This document shows, piece after piece, positions 19,353-29,112 of a stretch of DNA of 64,000 nt. How positions within the stretch are numbered: the stretch's first letter is position 1; each line of letters opens with the position of its first letter. The translations under genes and the position numbers were made by a program. The DNA comes from Patescibacteria group bacterium (GTDB lineage: Bacteria; Patescibacteriota; Microgenomatia; UBA8517). Under the pieces are notes generated by a model. It had not been told where the DNA came from and did not search any database. It worked only from the letters and a program-made list of their open reading frames with translations. The stretch is from positions 4,453-68,452 of the forward strand of contig JBBRBD010000003.1 of the NCBI GenBank assembly GCA_038206135.1, in the 5' to 3' direction.

Positions 19353-22016
19353 ATGCGTACTATCTATTTCTTATCACTGTTTTTTTTAATCTTTCTTTTT
19401 ACATTCCCGACTAATATTTATGCTGATGGTACATATTCACAGCTAAACACCAGTGCTGGCTCGACTGGTAGCCCTGATGCTGTTACCTGGTCGACTGGAA
19501 ACCCAATCATGATTGACTCGTTTGGAAAATATATAGTTCCAGTCCAGACAAATGGTGACTCGAACTATCATTTTGTGTTTAGTAATAACGCGGGTTCATC
19601 TTGGACCGAGACCTCAGGCCTTACAAACCCTGGCCGAGTGTCCGCAGTATATGACTCTAAAAACGATAAAATTCACGTACTAAATAGTGGCGGCACAAGT
19701 ACAGGTACCACATACCGAAGGTTTAGTATCATTCGAGATACTTCATACAATATTACCTCAATTATTGTTGATCCAATGCTGACCGCAATGTCTATTGACA
19801 CACAAGGGGTGTGTTCGAGTTTTGACTCAGGGGACCCGATAATTCTTTTTAAAGACAATGGGACAGACCAAAAACTAATTATTTTTTGGTCTGTTACCAA
19901 AACTTGTAGTGCAGTAAGCGTGACTGAAACACGAGCCTCAATGCGAATTTTATCAAATGATTCAAACGATGGCACACAGGGAAACTGGCTTGCATTAAAT
20001 GGCACTTCTGACTCAAGTGGTGCGACAGGACCCGCTTTAATTGCATACAACAAAATTTATACATACACAGGATCTCATGTGTTTTTTCAACAATCGGCCA
20101 TGATTCTTGGAGGAAGCACTGCAAAACAAGATGATATTTATTACTTTAATATTGATGAAAATAGTACACATGGATTTAGGAGACTTGTGTGGAATAGTGG
20201 AAGCAATAACTGGTCGGGATCATGGACTTCTCGCTCTACTTTTGGAGGAGACGTAAACAATGGTCAAGGATATAACTTAAAAAGCGAACTATTAAGTAAA
20301 CCTGTATATGCTTCAGCTCAAGAGAAAGTCTATGTAGGAATTGCCCGATGGCTTGATAACACAAATGGAGACACTCAAAGTATGTATTCTGTCGACAGTT
20401 CTGACACAATTGCATTAGCATCAGACGTCTACTCAGCGAGTGGCACACATTGTATTTATCCGACCTTCGACTTGTCGTATGACAGTAGTCAAGACAAGGT
20501 ATATTTCTTCTACGATATTTCAGGAAGTGGTTCCACTTGTGGAAATGTTTACTACAAAACATACGATGGCTCGAGTCTTTCATCTGCGACTGCTTTCTAT
20601 ACTGTTGCTGATAGATCTGTAGACATTCCAATCACCTATCCATCTCGGTACAACGACAAAATTCTTTTGTTCTTTAGACTAAATAATGCATTAAACTCAG
20701 GTACTCCACCACACGATATTTATTTCGGATCAGTTAGTCTAAACTCAACAAGTACCGCTGCTTCCCAAACAGTATCCACACCCTATGCTGCAACAACATA
20801 TTCAGATTTTTATAAAACATGTACAACACTTTCAACGACACAAGTCATAAATAACAGCGGTGGTGAGATTGCAATTCCTGGTAGTTTTAGGGATGATTTT
20901 GAAACGCCAACTTCTCCATATACAGCGCTTTTTTCTGAGTGGGATCATGGAACCTGGTCTGGTGGTAGTTATACCCCAGCACCAAGTGGAACTCTCCTCG
21001 TTTACGGCGCAAATGGCGCATATATACTAGGGACCACTTCGTATACCAGAAAAGTTCTCGAATTTCGAGCCAAATTTACAGCACACGACTTTCAACATGT
21101 CGGCTGGGCCAATGGCACCTCATTTAATGAGTATTCAATGTTTAGTACAGCGTCTAACGGACAGTTAAACGCGAGAGCTGAAGCCGGAAGTGGTGAAACT
21201 GCAACTGCGCTTGGTTCGTCATACCTAGGCTCATATCACAAATACAAAATCGATTGGGGAACTAGTGACTCGAAGTTTTATATAGACGATACTCTTGTAG
21301 CTACAATTAATACATCAAACGCGAGCGGAATGTATATGATAGCTTCAAATAACACTACAACATCAGGCTCAGATCTAACAGTAGACTGGATGCGAATATT
21401 AAATTTCCCTTCAACCACCGGCACATATCTTTCTTGCCCGCTTGACTCACAAGTGGCTGGAAACATTTGGGGGGCGCTTACTTTTAGCTCGACACTCCCA
21501 ACAAGTACAGCACTTACAGTGAAAACAAGAACTTCATCTGATAACAGCACTTGGTCTTCATATTCGTCAGCCATAAGTAGTGGAGACACAGTGTCAAGCT
21601 CGCCGGATAGATATTTACAATATCAAGTAACCCTAACAGGAACCTCATCGGATACCCCTACATTTGATTCAATTTCCCTTCCATTCGCGTCTCCAACACC
21701 GTCACCAAGCGCAACCACTACATCTACTCCAACAGCATCAACCTCTCAGGTAAGTGGTGCACCACAATGCAACGCAAGTACTCCTTTAGGAATTCCATAT
21801 ATTTCTGAAGCGATGCCAATAAGTTCAACAGAACTGAAGCTTATTTATAGTAATTGGAGTAGCTATTACACGATTGAATATGGTGAAAATCAAACAACAT
21901 TTACGAATGCTGTTTCTGGAGTTCTTGGAGGAAGCTTTAATATAAAAGCATTAAAGGCAAATACTACTTATTATTTTAGGGTTGCTGAGAAAAATGATTG
22001 CACAATTGGAGCATGA
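19353..22016 (+). CDS. Secreted 887-aa protein: cleavable signal peptide, a possible BNR/Asp-box-like motif, a central ConA-like (GH16/LamG-like) beta-sandwich region and a C-terminal FN3-like domain
   Basis: Signal peptide MRTIYFLSLFFLIFLFTFPTNIYA. The motif FSNNAGSSWTE resembles an Asp-box (S-x-D-x-G-x-T-W). The 520-690 aa region (…KYKIDWGTSDSKFYIDDTLVATIN…LTVDWMRILNF) looks like a concanavalin-like fold. The C-terminus (…ANTTYYFRVAEKNDC) is FN3-like. Confidence 0.5.
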   Translation: MRTIYFLSLFFLIFLFTFPTNIYADGTYSQLNTSAGSTGSPDAVTWSTGNPIMIDSFGKYIVPVQTNGDSNYHFVFSNNAGSSWTETSGLTNPGRVSAVYDSKNDKIHVLNSGGTSTGTTYRRFSIIRDTSYNITSIIVDPMLTAMSIDTQGVCSSFDSGDPIILFKDNGTDQKLIIFWSVTKTCSAVSVTETRASMRILSNDSNDGTQGNWLALNGTSDSSGATGPALIAYNKIYTYTGSHVFFQQSAMILGGSTAKQDDIYYFNIDENSTHGFRRLVWNSGSNNWSGSWTSRSTFGGDVNNGQGYNLKSELLSKPVYASAQEKVYVGIARWLDNTNGDTQSMYSVDSSDTIALASDVYSASGTHCIYPTFDLSYDSSQDKVYFFYDISGSGSTCGNVYYKTYDGSSLSSATAFYTVADRSVDIPITYPSRYNDKILLFFRLNNALNSGTPPHDIYFGSVSLNSTSTAASQTVSTPYAATTYSDFYKTCTTLSTTQVINNSGGEIAIPGSFRDDFETPTSPYTALFSEWDHGTWSGGSYTPAPSGTLLVYGANGAYILGTTSYTRKVLEFRAKFTAHDFQHVGWANGTSFNEYSMFSTASNGQLNARAEAGSGETATALGSSYLGSYHKYKIDWGTSDSKFYIDDTLVATINTSNASGMYMIASNNTTTSGSDLTVDWMRILNFPSTTGTYLSCPLDSQVAGNIWGALTFSSTLPTSTALTVKTRTSSDNSTWSSYSSAISSGDTVSSSPDRYLQYQVTLTGTSSDTPTFDSISLPFASPTPSPSATTTSTPTASTSQVSGAPQCNASTPLGIPYISEAMPISSTELKLIYSNWSSYYTIEYGENQTTFTNAVSGVLGGSFNIKALKANTTYYFRVAEKNDCTIGA

Positions 22017-22265
22017 TCGAATGTACTAAAAGCAAAAACACCAGGGTTTGGAGGTCTTTTTGTTTCTTCATATATAAAGCCTGTTATCAAAACAAACTCT
22101 CCATTAATCAGTAATTTCATTCCATCGCGTTCACCAACTCCGAATATCACGGCAACAAGTGTCCCAGTTCCAGTGACAACAACAGCGCCCCAAACAGTAC
22201 AAAAAAATGAGAGTATATTTGCAAAAATACTAAATTTCTTTAAAAGAATTTTCTAATTGAAGGGG

Positions 22266-22730
22266 TTAAGCTCGTTCTTCATCACCATAGACTAGAACAT
22301 CTGAAGCGCTTACGTAGTCAAACAATTCGTGTTTCTCAAACATCAAACCAATTTCTTTTTGAGCTGATTCAGCTGAATCGGAAGCATGAATAAGGTTTTG
22401 CTGCCCACTCATTGCAAAGTCTCCTCGAATTGATCCTGCTTCTGCTTCTCGTCCTTTAGTAACTCCAATAATCTTTCGAACTGCAGCAACCCCTTCCAGT
22501 CCTTCCCAAACCATTGCAACAATTGGCGTCCAAGTCATGTATTTTTTAAGATCCGTGAAAAATGACTTGTCTTTGTGGTGTGCGTACCATTCATCTAAAA
22601 TATTATCGTCAAGCTGCATCATTTTAACAGCAATCAACTTCATACCCTTTCGTTCAAATCTATGCATAATCTCTCCTACAAGTCCTCGTTGCAGCCCATC
22701 TGGTTTAATTAGTACTACAGTGCGTTCCAT
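22266..22730 (-). CDS. ndk: Nucleoside diphosphate kinase
   Basis: VLIKPDG...NLIHASD...: the conserved NDK active-site region with the catalytic His. Length is 154 aa. Confidence 0.9.
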   Translation of the reverse strand: MERTVVLIKPDGLQRGLVGEIMHRFERKGMKLIAVKMMQLDDNILDEWYAHHKDKSFFTDLKKYMTWTPIVAMVWEGLEGVAAVRKIIGVTKGREAEAGSIRGDFAMSGQQNLIHASDSAESAQKEIGLMFEKHELFDYVSASDVLVYGDEERA

Positions 22731-22736
22731 ATGTGT

Positions 22737-24020
22737 TCAAGCTGATTTTAATACGTTCTCAAACTCTTTACTAGACTCAAATGGTCCAATGATAGCCAGA
22801 TTAAGTTTTTCGTTTACGAAAAGTTCGTTTGCGAGTGTGTATATCTCATCAACGGTGACCGCATCAATTGAAGTAAAATCTTCTTCTGGTGTAGTCGTTT
22901 TTTTAATTAAAAGCTCATCGTAACCAAAATAGTTTCCAACGCTTTTAGTGTTCTCAAGTGAAAGCGCAATATGTCCCTTTATATAATCTTTCGCCTTTTG
23001 CAGTTCTTCGTTTGTAATAGGCTTTGTTTTTTTGGAAAGTGAACTGAGCTCATCTAGGATAACCTTCAATGCTTCAGGTGCTTTCTTGGGATCAGTTCCT
23101 GTGTAGGTAGAAATCGCTCCAATATCAGTAAAATGGTCACTTCCCATTCGCACCGTATAGCAAAGTCCTCTCTTTTCGCGTACTTCTGTAAACAATCTGC
23201 TACTCATACCTCCTCCAAGAATTGTTTCTAAAAGAGACTCCGCATATCGCGATTCATCATCAAGCGGTTTTCCGATGTGTCCAACTATAAAATGTGCTTG
23301 TTCAATTTTTTTATTTATTAACCTTATCTGTGCCTTCTCTTGCTTAAACACAAACTTCGATGCGGTTGAACTATCATTTCCTAAATCAATTTTATTAAAG
23401 TACTTTTCAGTAAGTTTCATTGAGTCCTCTTCAGTAATGCCACCCGCTACTGTAATTACAATGTTTTGGGCATGATAATGTTTGTTTCTAAAATCTAAGA
23501 AGTTTTGTCGATTAATTGTTTTTCCAACTGTTTCTTTATTACCTATAATGTCTACTCCGAGTGGATTTCCTTCGAAAATAAGTTGTTCAAAAACGTCGCC
23601 AATTCGGTACATTGGTGTGTCTTCGTACATATTCATTTCCTCAATTACTACTCCCCGCTCTTTTTCTATTTCTTCTGACTTTAAAAGTGGAGACAGTACC
23701 ATATCTGAAAGTACATCAAACGCTTTATCCATCAGTCCACTCTGAGCTTTGATATAAAAATTTGTGTAGTCTTTTGAAGTACCAGCGTTAAATTCAGCAC
23801 CCATTGCATCAATTGTTTCAGAAATAACTTTAGCTGATGTGTACTTCTCTCCTCCTTTAAATACCATGTGTTCTAAAAAATGAGAAATACCCGATATTTT
23901 GGCTTCTTCGTATCGAGAACCAACACCGACCCAAACGGTAACTGTTGCACTTGTCAGACTTGGCATTGGAATAGTAAGAAGCCTCAAACCTGAAGAAAAT
24001 GTGTGCTTGTGAGCTTGCAT
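22737..24020 (-). CDS. M16 family (insulinase/pitrilysin-like) zinc peptidase
   Basis: Inverted zinc-binding motif HFLEHMVFKG (HxxEH) near the N-terminus. Length ~427 aa. Lies 6 nt upstream of ndk on the same strand. Confidence 0.8.
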   Translation of the reverse strand: MQAHKHTFSSGLRLLTIPMPSLTSATVTVWVGVGSRYEEAKISGISHFLEHMVFKGGEKYTSAKVISETIDAMGAEFNAGTSKDYTNFYIKAQSGLMDKAFDVLSDMVLSPLLKSEEIEKERGVVIEEMNMYEDTPMYRIGDVFEQLIFEGNPLGVDIIGNKETVGKTINRQNFLDFRNKHYHAQNIVITVAGGITEEDSMKLTEKYFNKIDLGNDSSTASKFVFKQEKAQIRLINKKIEQAHFIVGHIGKPLDDESRYAESLLETILGGGMSSRLFTEVREKRGLCYTVRMGSDHFTDIGAISTYTGTDPKKAPEALKVILDELSSLSKKTKPITNEELQKAKDYIKGHIALSLENTKSVGNYFGYDELLIKKTTTPEEDFTSIDAVTVDEIYTLANELFVNEKLNLAIIGPFESSKEFENVLKSA

Positions 24021-24071
24021 GAGACAAAGTATAGCGCTAAAACCGGCAATCGCATACTGGCAGGAAGGAAA

Positions 24072-25742
24072 TTACATCTTTTCGGGGACCTCAATGCCGA
24101 GAAGAGACAAGCCGTTAGTAAGAACAATTTCTACGGCTTTACTTATAGATAAAAACTCAGCCTCGCGATCATTTCCAATTATTCTATTTGAATCATAAAA
24201 AGTGTTGAATGTTTGGGCTAGTGAATACAAATATTCGGCCAAATATGCAGGTTGATATTTATTCGCAGCAAAGTTTACTACCTCAGGAAACTGAATAAGT
24301 TTATGGGCAAGGAGTGAATCTTCTTCCGAAATTAAATTCACCGGAGAGATTAATATTTCTGATTTTGAAAGCAGGCTTCGAATTCTCACAACTGTATATT
24401 GCATATAGGGGCCAGAATTCCCTTTCATATTTAGTATTTCATCCCAATCAAAAATAATATCGGAGATAGGATCACGTTTCAGCTCATTCCATTTCAATGC
24501 ACCGATGGAAATTGTCTCAGCAGATTCTGAATTTTCGGATGATAGTAGTTTTGCCTTCTCAAATGCTTCATGTAATACCTCTTCAAGCCAAATAACATTC
24601 CCTTTCCTGGTAGACATTTTTTTGTCTTTGAAACGAAATAGTCCGTGTTTCAAATGGACTCGTTGACCTGACTTTACCCAACCAAGTATTTTTTCGACTT
24701 CATACAACTGTTGAAAATATAGTGCTTGATCACCACCAACTTCATTAATAATAGTTACATCTTTTCCATAATTTAAAAATCTCCATTTGTCAGCTGCTAA
24801 ATCCCGAGTCGCATATAAGCTTGCTCCGTCTTTTTTAACAACCATTAATGGTGGGTATTTTTCATTATCAAAAAATACAAGTTGAGCCCCCTCTTCGCCA
24901 TTTCTAAGCATTTGTTTTTCCACTAACTCTTCTAATACAATCTGCATTTTGTCTTCAAAAAAACTTTCTCCGTATCCTCTTCCATTGTTCTCAGTAAAAA
25001 CTACCCCAAGTTTTTTATAAATTTTGTCAAATTCTAAAAATGACCAATCAATGCATTTTTGCCAAATCCTTTTAGCTTCGGCGTCACCTTCTTCGAGTTT
25101 TTTAAACCAAGCTCTGCCCTTGTCATCAAGGGTAGAATCTTTTTCAGCTTCTTCATGAAATTTTATATATAAGCTCACGAGTTCCTTGACCGGATTGTCA
25201 CTTTTTTCAATTTGCTCTTCATTTCCCCATGTTTTTATCGCATAAATTTGTTTACCAAATTGCGTTCCCCAGTCCCCTAAATGATTATCTCGAAAAACAG
25301 TAAACCCTTGGAACGTGAGTAAATTAGCAACAGCATCTCCAATAATTGTTGAGCGAAAATGGCCAATATTGAACGGTTTGGCAATATTTGGAGAACTATA
25401 TTCGACAATCACTTTATTGTCAGGGGTATTTTTTTCTTTTCCAAAGTTTCCTTTTTCAGAAAGGGCAGTATTTAATCCTTCTAAAACAACCTTATCTTTT
25501 AAATAGAAATTAATAAAACCTGGACCCGCAATTTCAATTTTTGAAATAATTTCTTTGATGCTTTCGTTTGTTTCTAACCTTTTTAACAACTCAGACGCAA
25601 ATTCTCGAGGATTTTTACCACTCTGCATTGCAATATTTGTAGTGTAATCGCCATGTTCAGGTTTATCCGCAAAGACAAGCTGAATGTTGTCGACACCTGT
25701 TTCTTTTAAAAGTATTTTTACGATTGTTTCTCGAATCTTCAT
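24072..25742 (-). CDS. argS: Arginine--tRNA ligase
   Basis: SSPNIAKPFNIGHFRS (class I HIGH-region variant typical of ArgRS) and the KMSTRKGN (KMSK) motif. The protein has a C-terminal anticodon-binding (DALR-like) region. Length 556 aa. Confidence 0.9.
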   Translation of the reverse strand: MKIRETIVKILLKETGVDNIQLVFADKPEHGDYTTNIAMQSGKNPREFASELLKRLETNESIKEIISKIEIAGPGFINFYLKDKVVLEGLNTALSEKGNFGKEKNTPDNKVIVEYSSPNIAKPFNIGHFRSTIIGDAVANLLTFQGFTVFRDNHLGDWGTQFGKQIYAIKTWGNEEQIEKSDNPVKELVSLYIKFHEEAEKDSTLDDKGRAWFKKLEEGDAEAKRIWQKCIDWSFLEFDKIYKKLGVVFTENNGRGYGESFFEDKMQIVLEELVEKQMLRNGEEGAQLVFFDNEKYPPLMVVKKDGASLYATRDLAADKWRFLNYGKDVTIINEVGGDQALYFQQLYEVEKILGWVKSGQRVHLKHGLFRFKDKKMSTRKGNVIWLEEVLHEAFEKAKLLSSENSESAETISIGALKWNELKRDPISDIIFDWDEILNMKGNSGPYMQYTVVRIRSLLSKSEILISPVNLISEEDSLLAHKLIQFPEVVNFAANKYQPAYLAEYLYSLAQTFNTFYDSNRIIGNDREAEFLSISKAVEIVLTNGLSLLGIEVPEKM

Positions 25743-25943
25743 TTGGCAATTGTATCAGAATAAACAAACTCTTTCTTGCTTAAATATCACTATGGGCACA
25801 CAAAGCCTTATCATATTTTTCTTCTCAAAACTGTGTGTTTCAACCTCCTCTATTTTTCTTTTCTTTCAAAGAAGTATCATATTTCATGATTAAAACAACG
25901 CTCATGCATACGCGCTTTTTTTAGATTATTATGAAGGTGCACC

Positions 25944-28481
25944 ATGAAATCATCAAAAAACTATGCATACCAACCCGTTGAGAGCGTGCTTACAGAGTTT
26001 CATGTAAACAAAGACAAAGGGTTGACGAGCGCTCAAGCAACTGAACATTTGCGAAAATTTGGACATAACTCTATTTCTACACACGTAAAACGTCACATTG
26101 TTTTTGAGTTTTTAACAAACTTCACAAACCCGCTTATTGTTATTTTATTGGTAATTGTCGTAGTTTCTTTTGTGCTGGGAGATACTATAAATGGAATTAT
26201 TGTAATGGCAATGATTCTACTGAGTGTTTGCTTGAACTTTTATCAAGAATACAAAGCGAGTAATTCTGCAGAAAAACTGAAGGAAAAAGTTGCACTCATT
26301 ACGACAGTCATTCGAGATGGTGTTGAAAAAAACATTCGAGCAAGTCAAGTGTGCGTGGGAGATATATTATTTTTAAATGCAGGCGACCTCATTCCAGCCG
26401 ACTCCAGAATTATTGAAACGAAAGATTTTTTCGTCAATCAGTCAGCACTAACTGGGGAAAGCTTCCCTGTTGAAAAATCATCAATTGCAGAAAACTCTAA
26501 AGATATTGGAATTTCGTCAGTTAAAAGCATGATTTTTTCAGGTACAAGCGTTGTCACGGGAACCGCAAAAGCAATTGTTGTTGCAACTGGAGCAAATACA
26601 GAGTTTGGACATATCGCGGTTGAACTTGATCAAAAGGAAGTACAAAACAGTTTTACAAGAGGTGTCAAGGGTTTTAGTTTTTTTATTCTTCGAATTGTTT
26701 TAGTATTTGTACTCTTTATATTTGCAGTAAATGCATTTATTAAACAAGATATTTTAGAGTCTCTCACTTTTGCAATTGCTGTTGCAGTAGGATTGACCCC
26801 AGAATTTTTACCTATGATTATGACCGTTACCATGAGTAAGGGTGCAGTCCTTATGGCTAAAAAAGGGGTGATCGTGAAAAAGCTCACTGCCATTCCTACG
26901 TTCGGTAGTATGAATATATTGTGTACTGACAAAACAGGCACCATTACACAAGACAAAATTGAATTAGTTAAATGCGTTGATTTTAAAGGCGAGAATTCTG
27001 AAGAAGTACTTACAAAAGCATATATAAACAGTAAAATGCAGACCGGTATCAATAATCCCCTCGACGAAGCAATCAAGAGATTTAAGACATTTAAGCTAGA
27101 TGCATACAAAAAACTTGATGAGATTCCGTTTGATTTCACCAGGCGCCGTATGAGCGTCGTTGTTTCTGAAAAAGGAGTTGCCTGTTTAATTTCAAAAGGT
27201 GCACCTGAATCGATGATTTCCCAATGCACCACTATATTAATGGGTAAAACAGTCACGAAACTCACAGAGCGTTTAAAGGCAGATGCAATTGCTCAATATC
27301 AATTTCTAAGCACAGATGGATTCCGAGTTTTAGCACTTGCTCAAAAACAATTTAAGAAACCACATGAAAGTTATTCGCAAAGCGATGAGAAAGGAATGAC
27401 ATTACTTGGTTTTACAGCCTTTTTAGACCCTGTAAAACCTAATGTAAAGAAGGCTATTGATGCTCTTGAAGCAATTGGTATCGAAGTAAAAGTTGTCACC
27501 GGAGACAACGAACTTGTGACGAAGAAAGCATGTGCCGACGCAGACATTTTTGTAAAAGGAGTTTTACTTGGACATGAAATCACAAATATGTCTGACCATG
27601 AGCTTTCTATAAAAGCACAATCAATAACCATTTTTGCCCGTTTTTCCCCGAGTGAAAAGGAACGAGTTATAAAAGCACTGAGAATGAGTGGAAATGTTGT
27701 TGGATACATGGGAGATGGAATAAACGATGCTCCTTCTATCAAGGCCGCTGATGTAGGGATTTCAGTCAATAATGCTGTTGACGTTGCGAAAGAATCAGCA
27801 GACTTTATTCTCACGCATAAAAGCTTATTGGAGCTAAAGGATGGGGTTTCAGAAGGCAGAACCATTTTTGGAAATACCATGAAGTACATCATGATGGGAC
27901 TTTCAAGTAACTTTGGGAACATGTTTTCTGTGCTCGGTGCTGTTCTTTTTTTGCCATTTCTTCCAATGCTTCCTATTCAGATTCTTTTGAATAATTTCTT
28001 GTATGACTTATCACAAGTAACCATTCCCACTGATACTGTCGACGAGGAATATTTGAAAGGCCCGAAGCGATGGAACATGCAGTTTATCCGTCGATTTATG
28101 TTTATTTTTGGACCAATAAGCTCTGTCTTTGACTTTGTTACTTTCTACTTTCTCTATCAGACATTTCATTTATCACCTTCAGCATTTCAAACAGGCTGGT
28201 TCATGGAGTCGCTTGCTACACAAGCTTTGGTTATCCATATTATCCGTACAAAGAAAATTCCATTTGTACAAAGTAGAGCAAGTTTGGCACTTATGATTTC
28301 TACCTTTGTAATCGTGACATTTGGATGGATGCTACCCTATTTACCTTTTGGGAAATACTTTAACCTAGTGCCACTTCCACTCACTACAATTCTTGTACTA
28401 GCCGGTATAGTTGCTATTTATTTGGTTGTTGTGGAATTTGGAAAAAGAATCTTCTACCGAAATTTACAAATGGAAATATAA
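25944..28481 (+). CDS. mgtA: P-type ATPase, MgtA-like magnesium-importing subtype (P3B)
   Basis: CTDKTGTITQDK phosphorylation motif, MGDGINDAPSIKAADVGISV hinge, ~10 TM helices, and the MgtA-type N-terminus. Subtype assignment is by similarity pattern only. Confidence 0.75.
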   Translation: MKSSKNYAYQPVESVLTEFHVNKDKGLTSAQATEHLRKFGHNSISTHVKRHIVFEFLTNFTNPLIVILLVIVVVSFVLGDTINGIIVMAMILLSVCLNFYQEYKASNSAEKLKEKVALITTVIRDGVEKNIRASQVCVGDILFLNAGDLIPADSRIIETKDFFVNQSALTGESFPVEKSSIAENSKDIGISSVKSMIFSGTSVVTGTAKAIVVATGANTEFGHIAVELDQKEVQNSFTRGVKGFSFFILRIVLVFVLFIFAVNAFIKQDILESLTFAIAVAVGLTPEFLPMIMTVTMSKGAVLMAKKGVIVKKLTAIPTFGSMNILCTDKTGTITQDKIELVKCVDFKGENSEEVLTKAYINSKMQTGINNPLDEAIKRFKTFKLDAYKKLDEIPFDFTRRRMSVVVSEKGVACLISKGAPESMISQCTTILMGKTVTKLTERLKADAIAQYQFLSTDGFRVLALAQKQFKKPHESYSQSDEKGMTLLGFTAFLDPVKPNVKKAIDALEAIGIEVKVVTGDNELVTKKACADADIFVKGVLLGHEITNMSDHELSIKAQSITIFARFSPSEKERVIKALRMSGNVVGYMGDGINDAPSIKAADVGISVNNAVDVAKESADFILTHKSLLELKDGVSEGRTIFGNTMKYIMMGLSSNFGNMFSVLGAVLFLPFLPMLPIQILLNNFLYDLSQVTIPTDTVDEEYLKGPKRWNMQFIRRFMFIFGPISSVFDFVTFYFLYQTFHLSPSAFQTGWFMESLATQALVIHIIRTKKIPFVQSRASLALMISTFVIVTFGWMLPYLPFGKYFNLVPLPLTTILVLAGIVAIYLVVVEFGKRIFYRNLQMEI

Positions 28482-28503
28482 ACAGTATAATTTGACTATA
28501 CTT

Positions 28504-29112
28504 ATGAATAAATTTTTTAAAGTCACCTTAGTCGTAGGAACGTTATTTCTAACTTCTGCAAGTGCTGTCTTTGGCTACGATGGTCATGTAAACCTCACAA
28601 ATAGAGTGGGAGAAGATGGTAGATGTTGGGCACCAACAGTACTCATGCAAGATCAAACATACAAAGTCTTATTGTCTTGTCGAGATATTACGTATCCTGG
28701 TGGAAATGAAGTTTTCTACTATGTTGTTTGGGCAAATCTCGCAAGCGGAGCAAAACCAGAGCGACTTGGAAGTCTAGGACTTGGAAAAGCTGAATTTCAA
28801 ACTAGAAACGAGTTTACCTCACTATTTATTACTAAGGAAAAAAGTGCAAACGCAAGTACTCCAACTGGACAAGTTGTAATGCAAGGAACGCTCCAAGCGG
28901 AAGATCTTTTGCAAGAGCGAGGTAAAGAGACAGCAACAACACCTGCTCAAACACCAAATCCAATTAGCGGAGACAATCAAGTTGTTACTGCAACACCCAT
29001 TACAACACCACAACCTCGAACTGGAATTGCAAAGTTTCTAACAAGTGGAATTTTGGCAGTACTTGGTATTGGAGGTCTTATCTTTGTCGTGTTTCTCGTT
29101 ACAAAAAGATAA
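28504..29112 (+). CDS. Small secreted protein with a C-terminal membrane anchor and a variant sorting-signal-like tail (…PQPRTGIAKF + TM + TKR)
   Basis: The ORF tool starts this ORF at 28411, inside the ATPase gene's 3' end. The ATG at 28504 gives the signal peptide MNKFFKVTLVVGTLFLTSASAVFG. The C-terminus is RTGIAKFLTSGILAVLGIGGLIFVVFLVTKR. Confidence 0.6.
   Translation: MNKFFKVTLVVGTLFLTSASAVFGYDGHVNLTNRVGEDGRCWAPTVLMQDQTYKVLLSCRDITYPGGNEVFYYVVWANLASGAKPERLGSLGLGKAEFQTRNEFTSLFITKEKSANASTPTGQVVMQGTLQAEDLLQERGKETATTPAQTPNPISGDNQVVTATPITTPQPRTGIAKFLTSGILAVLGIGGLIFVVFLVTKR

Noticed and set aside
22017-22265. Possible small ORF or terminator in the convergent gap between the secreted protein gene and ndk
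   Set aside because: Only weak AT-rich hairpins are present. No ORF with a start codon reaches 60 aa.
28411-28503. Upstream extension of ORF 28411..29112 overlapping the P-type ATPase 3' end
   Set aside because: The extension encodes no signal peptide and overlaps the ATPase by 70 nt. The ATG at 28504 gives a canonical signal peptide, so that was taken as the start.
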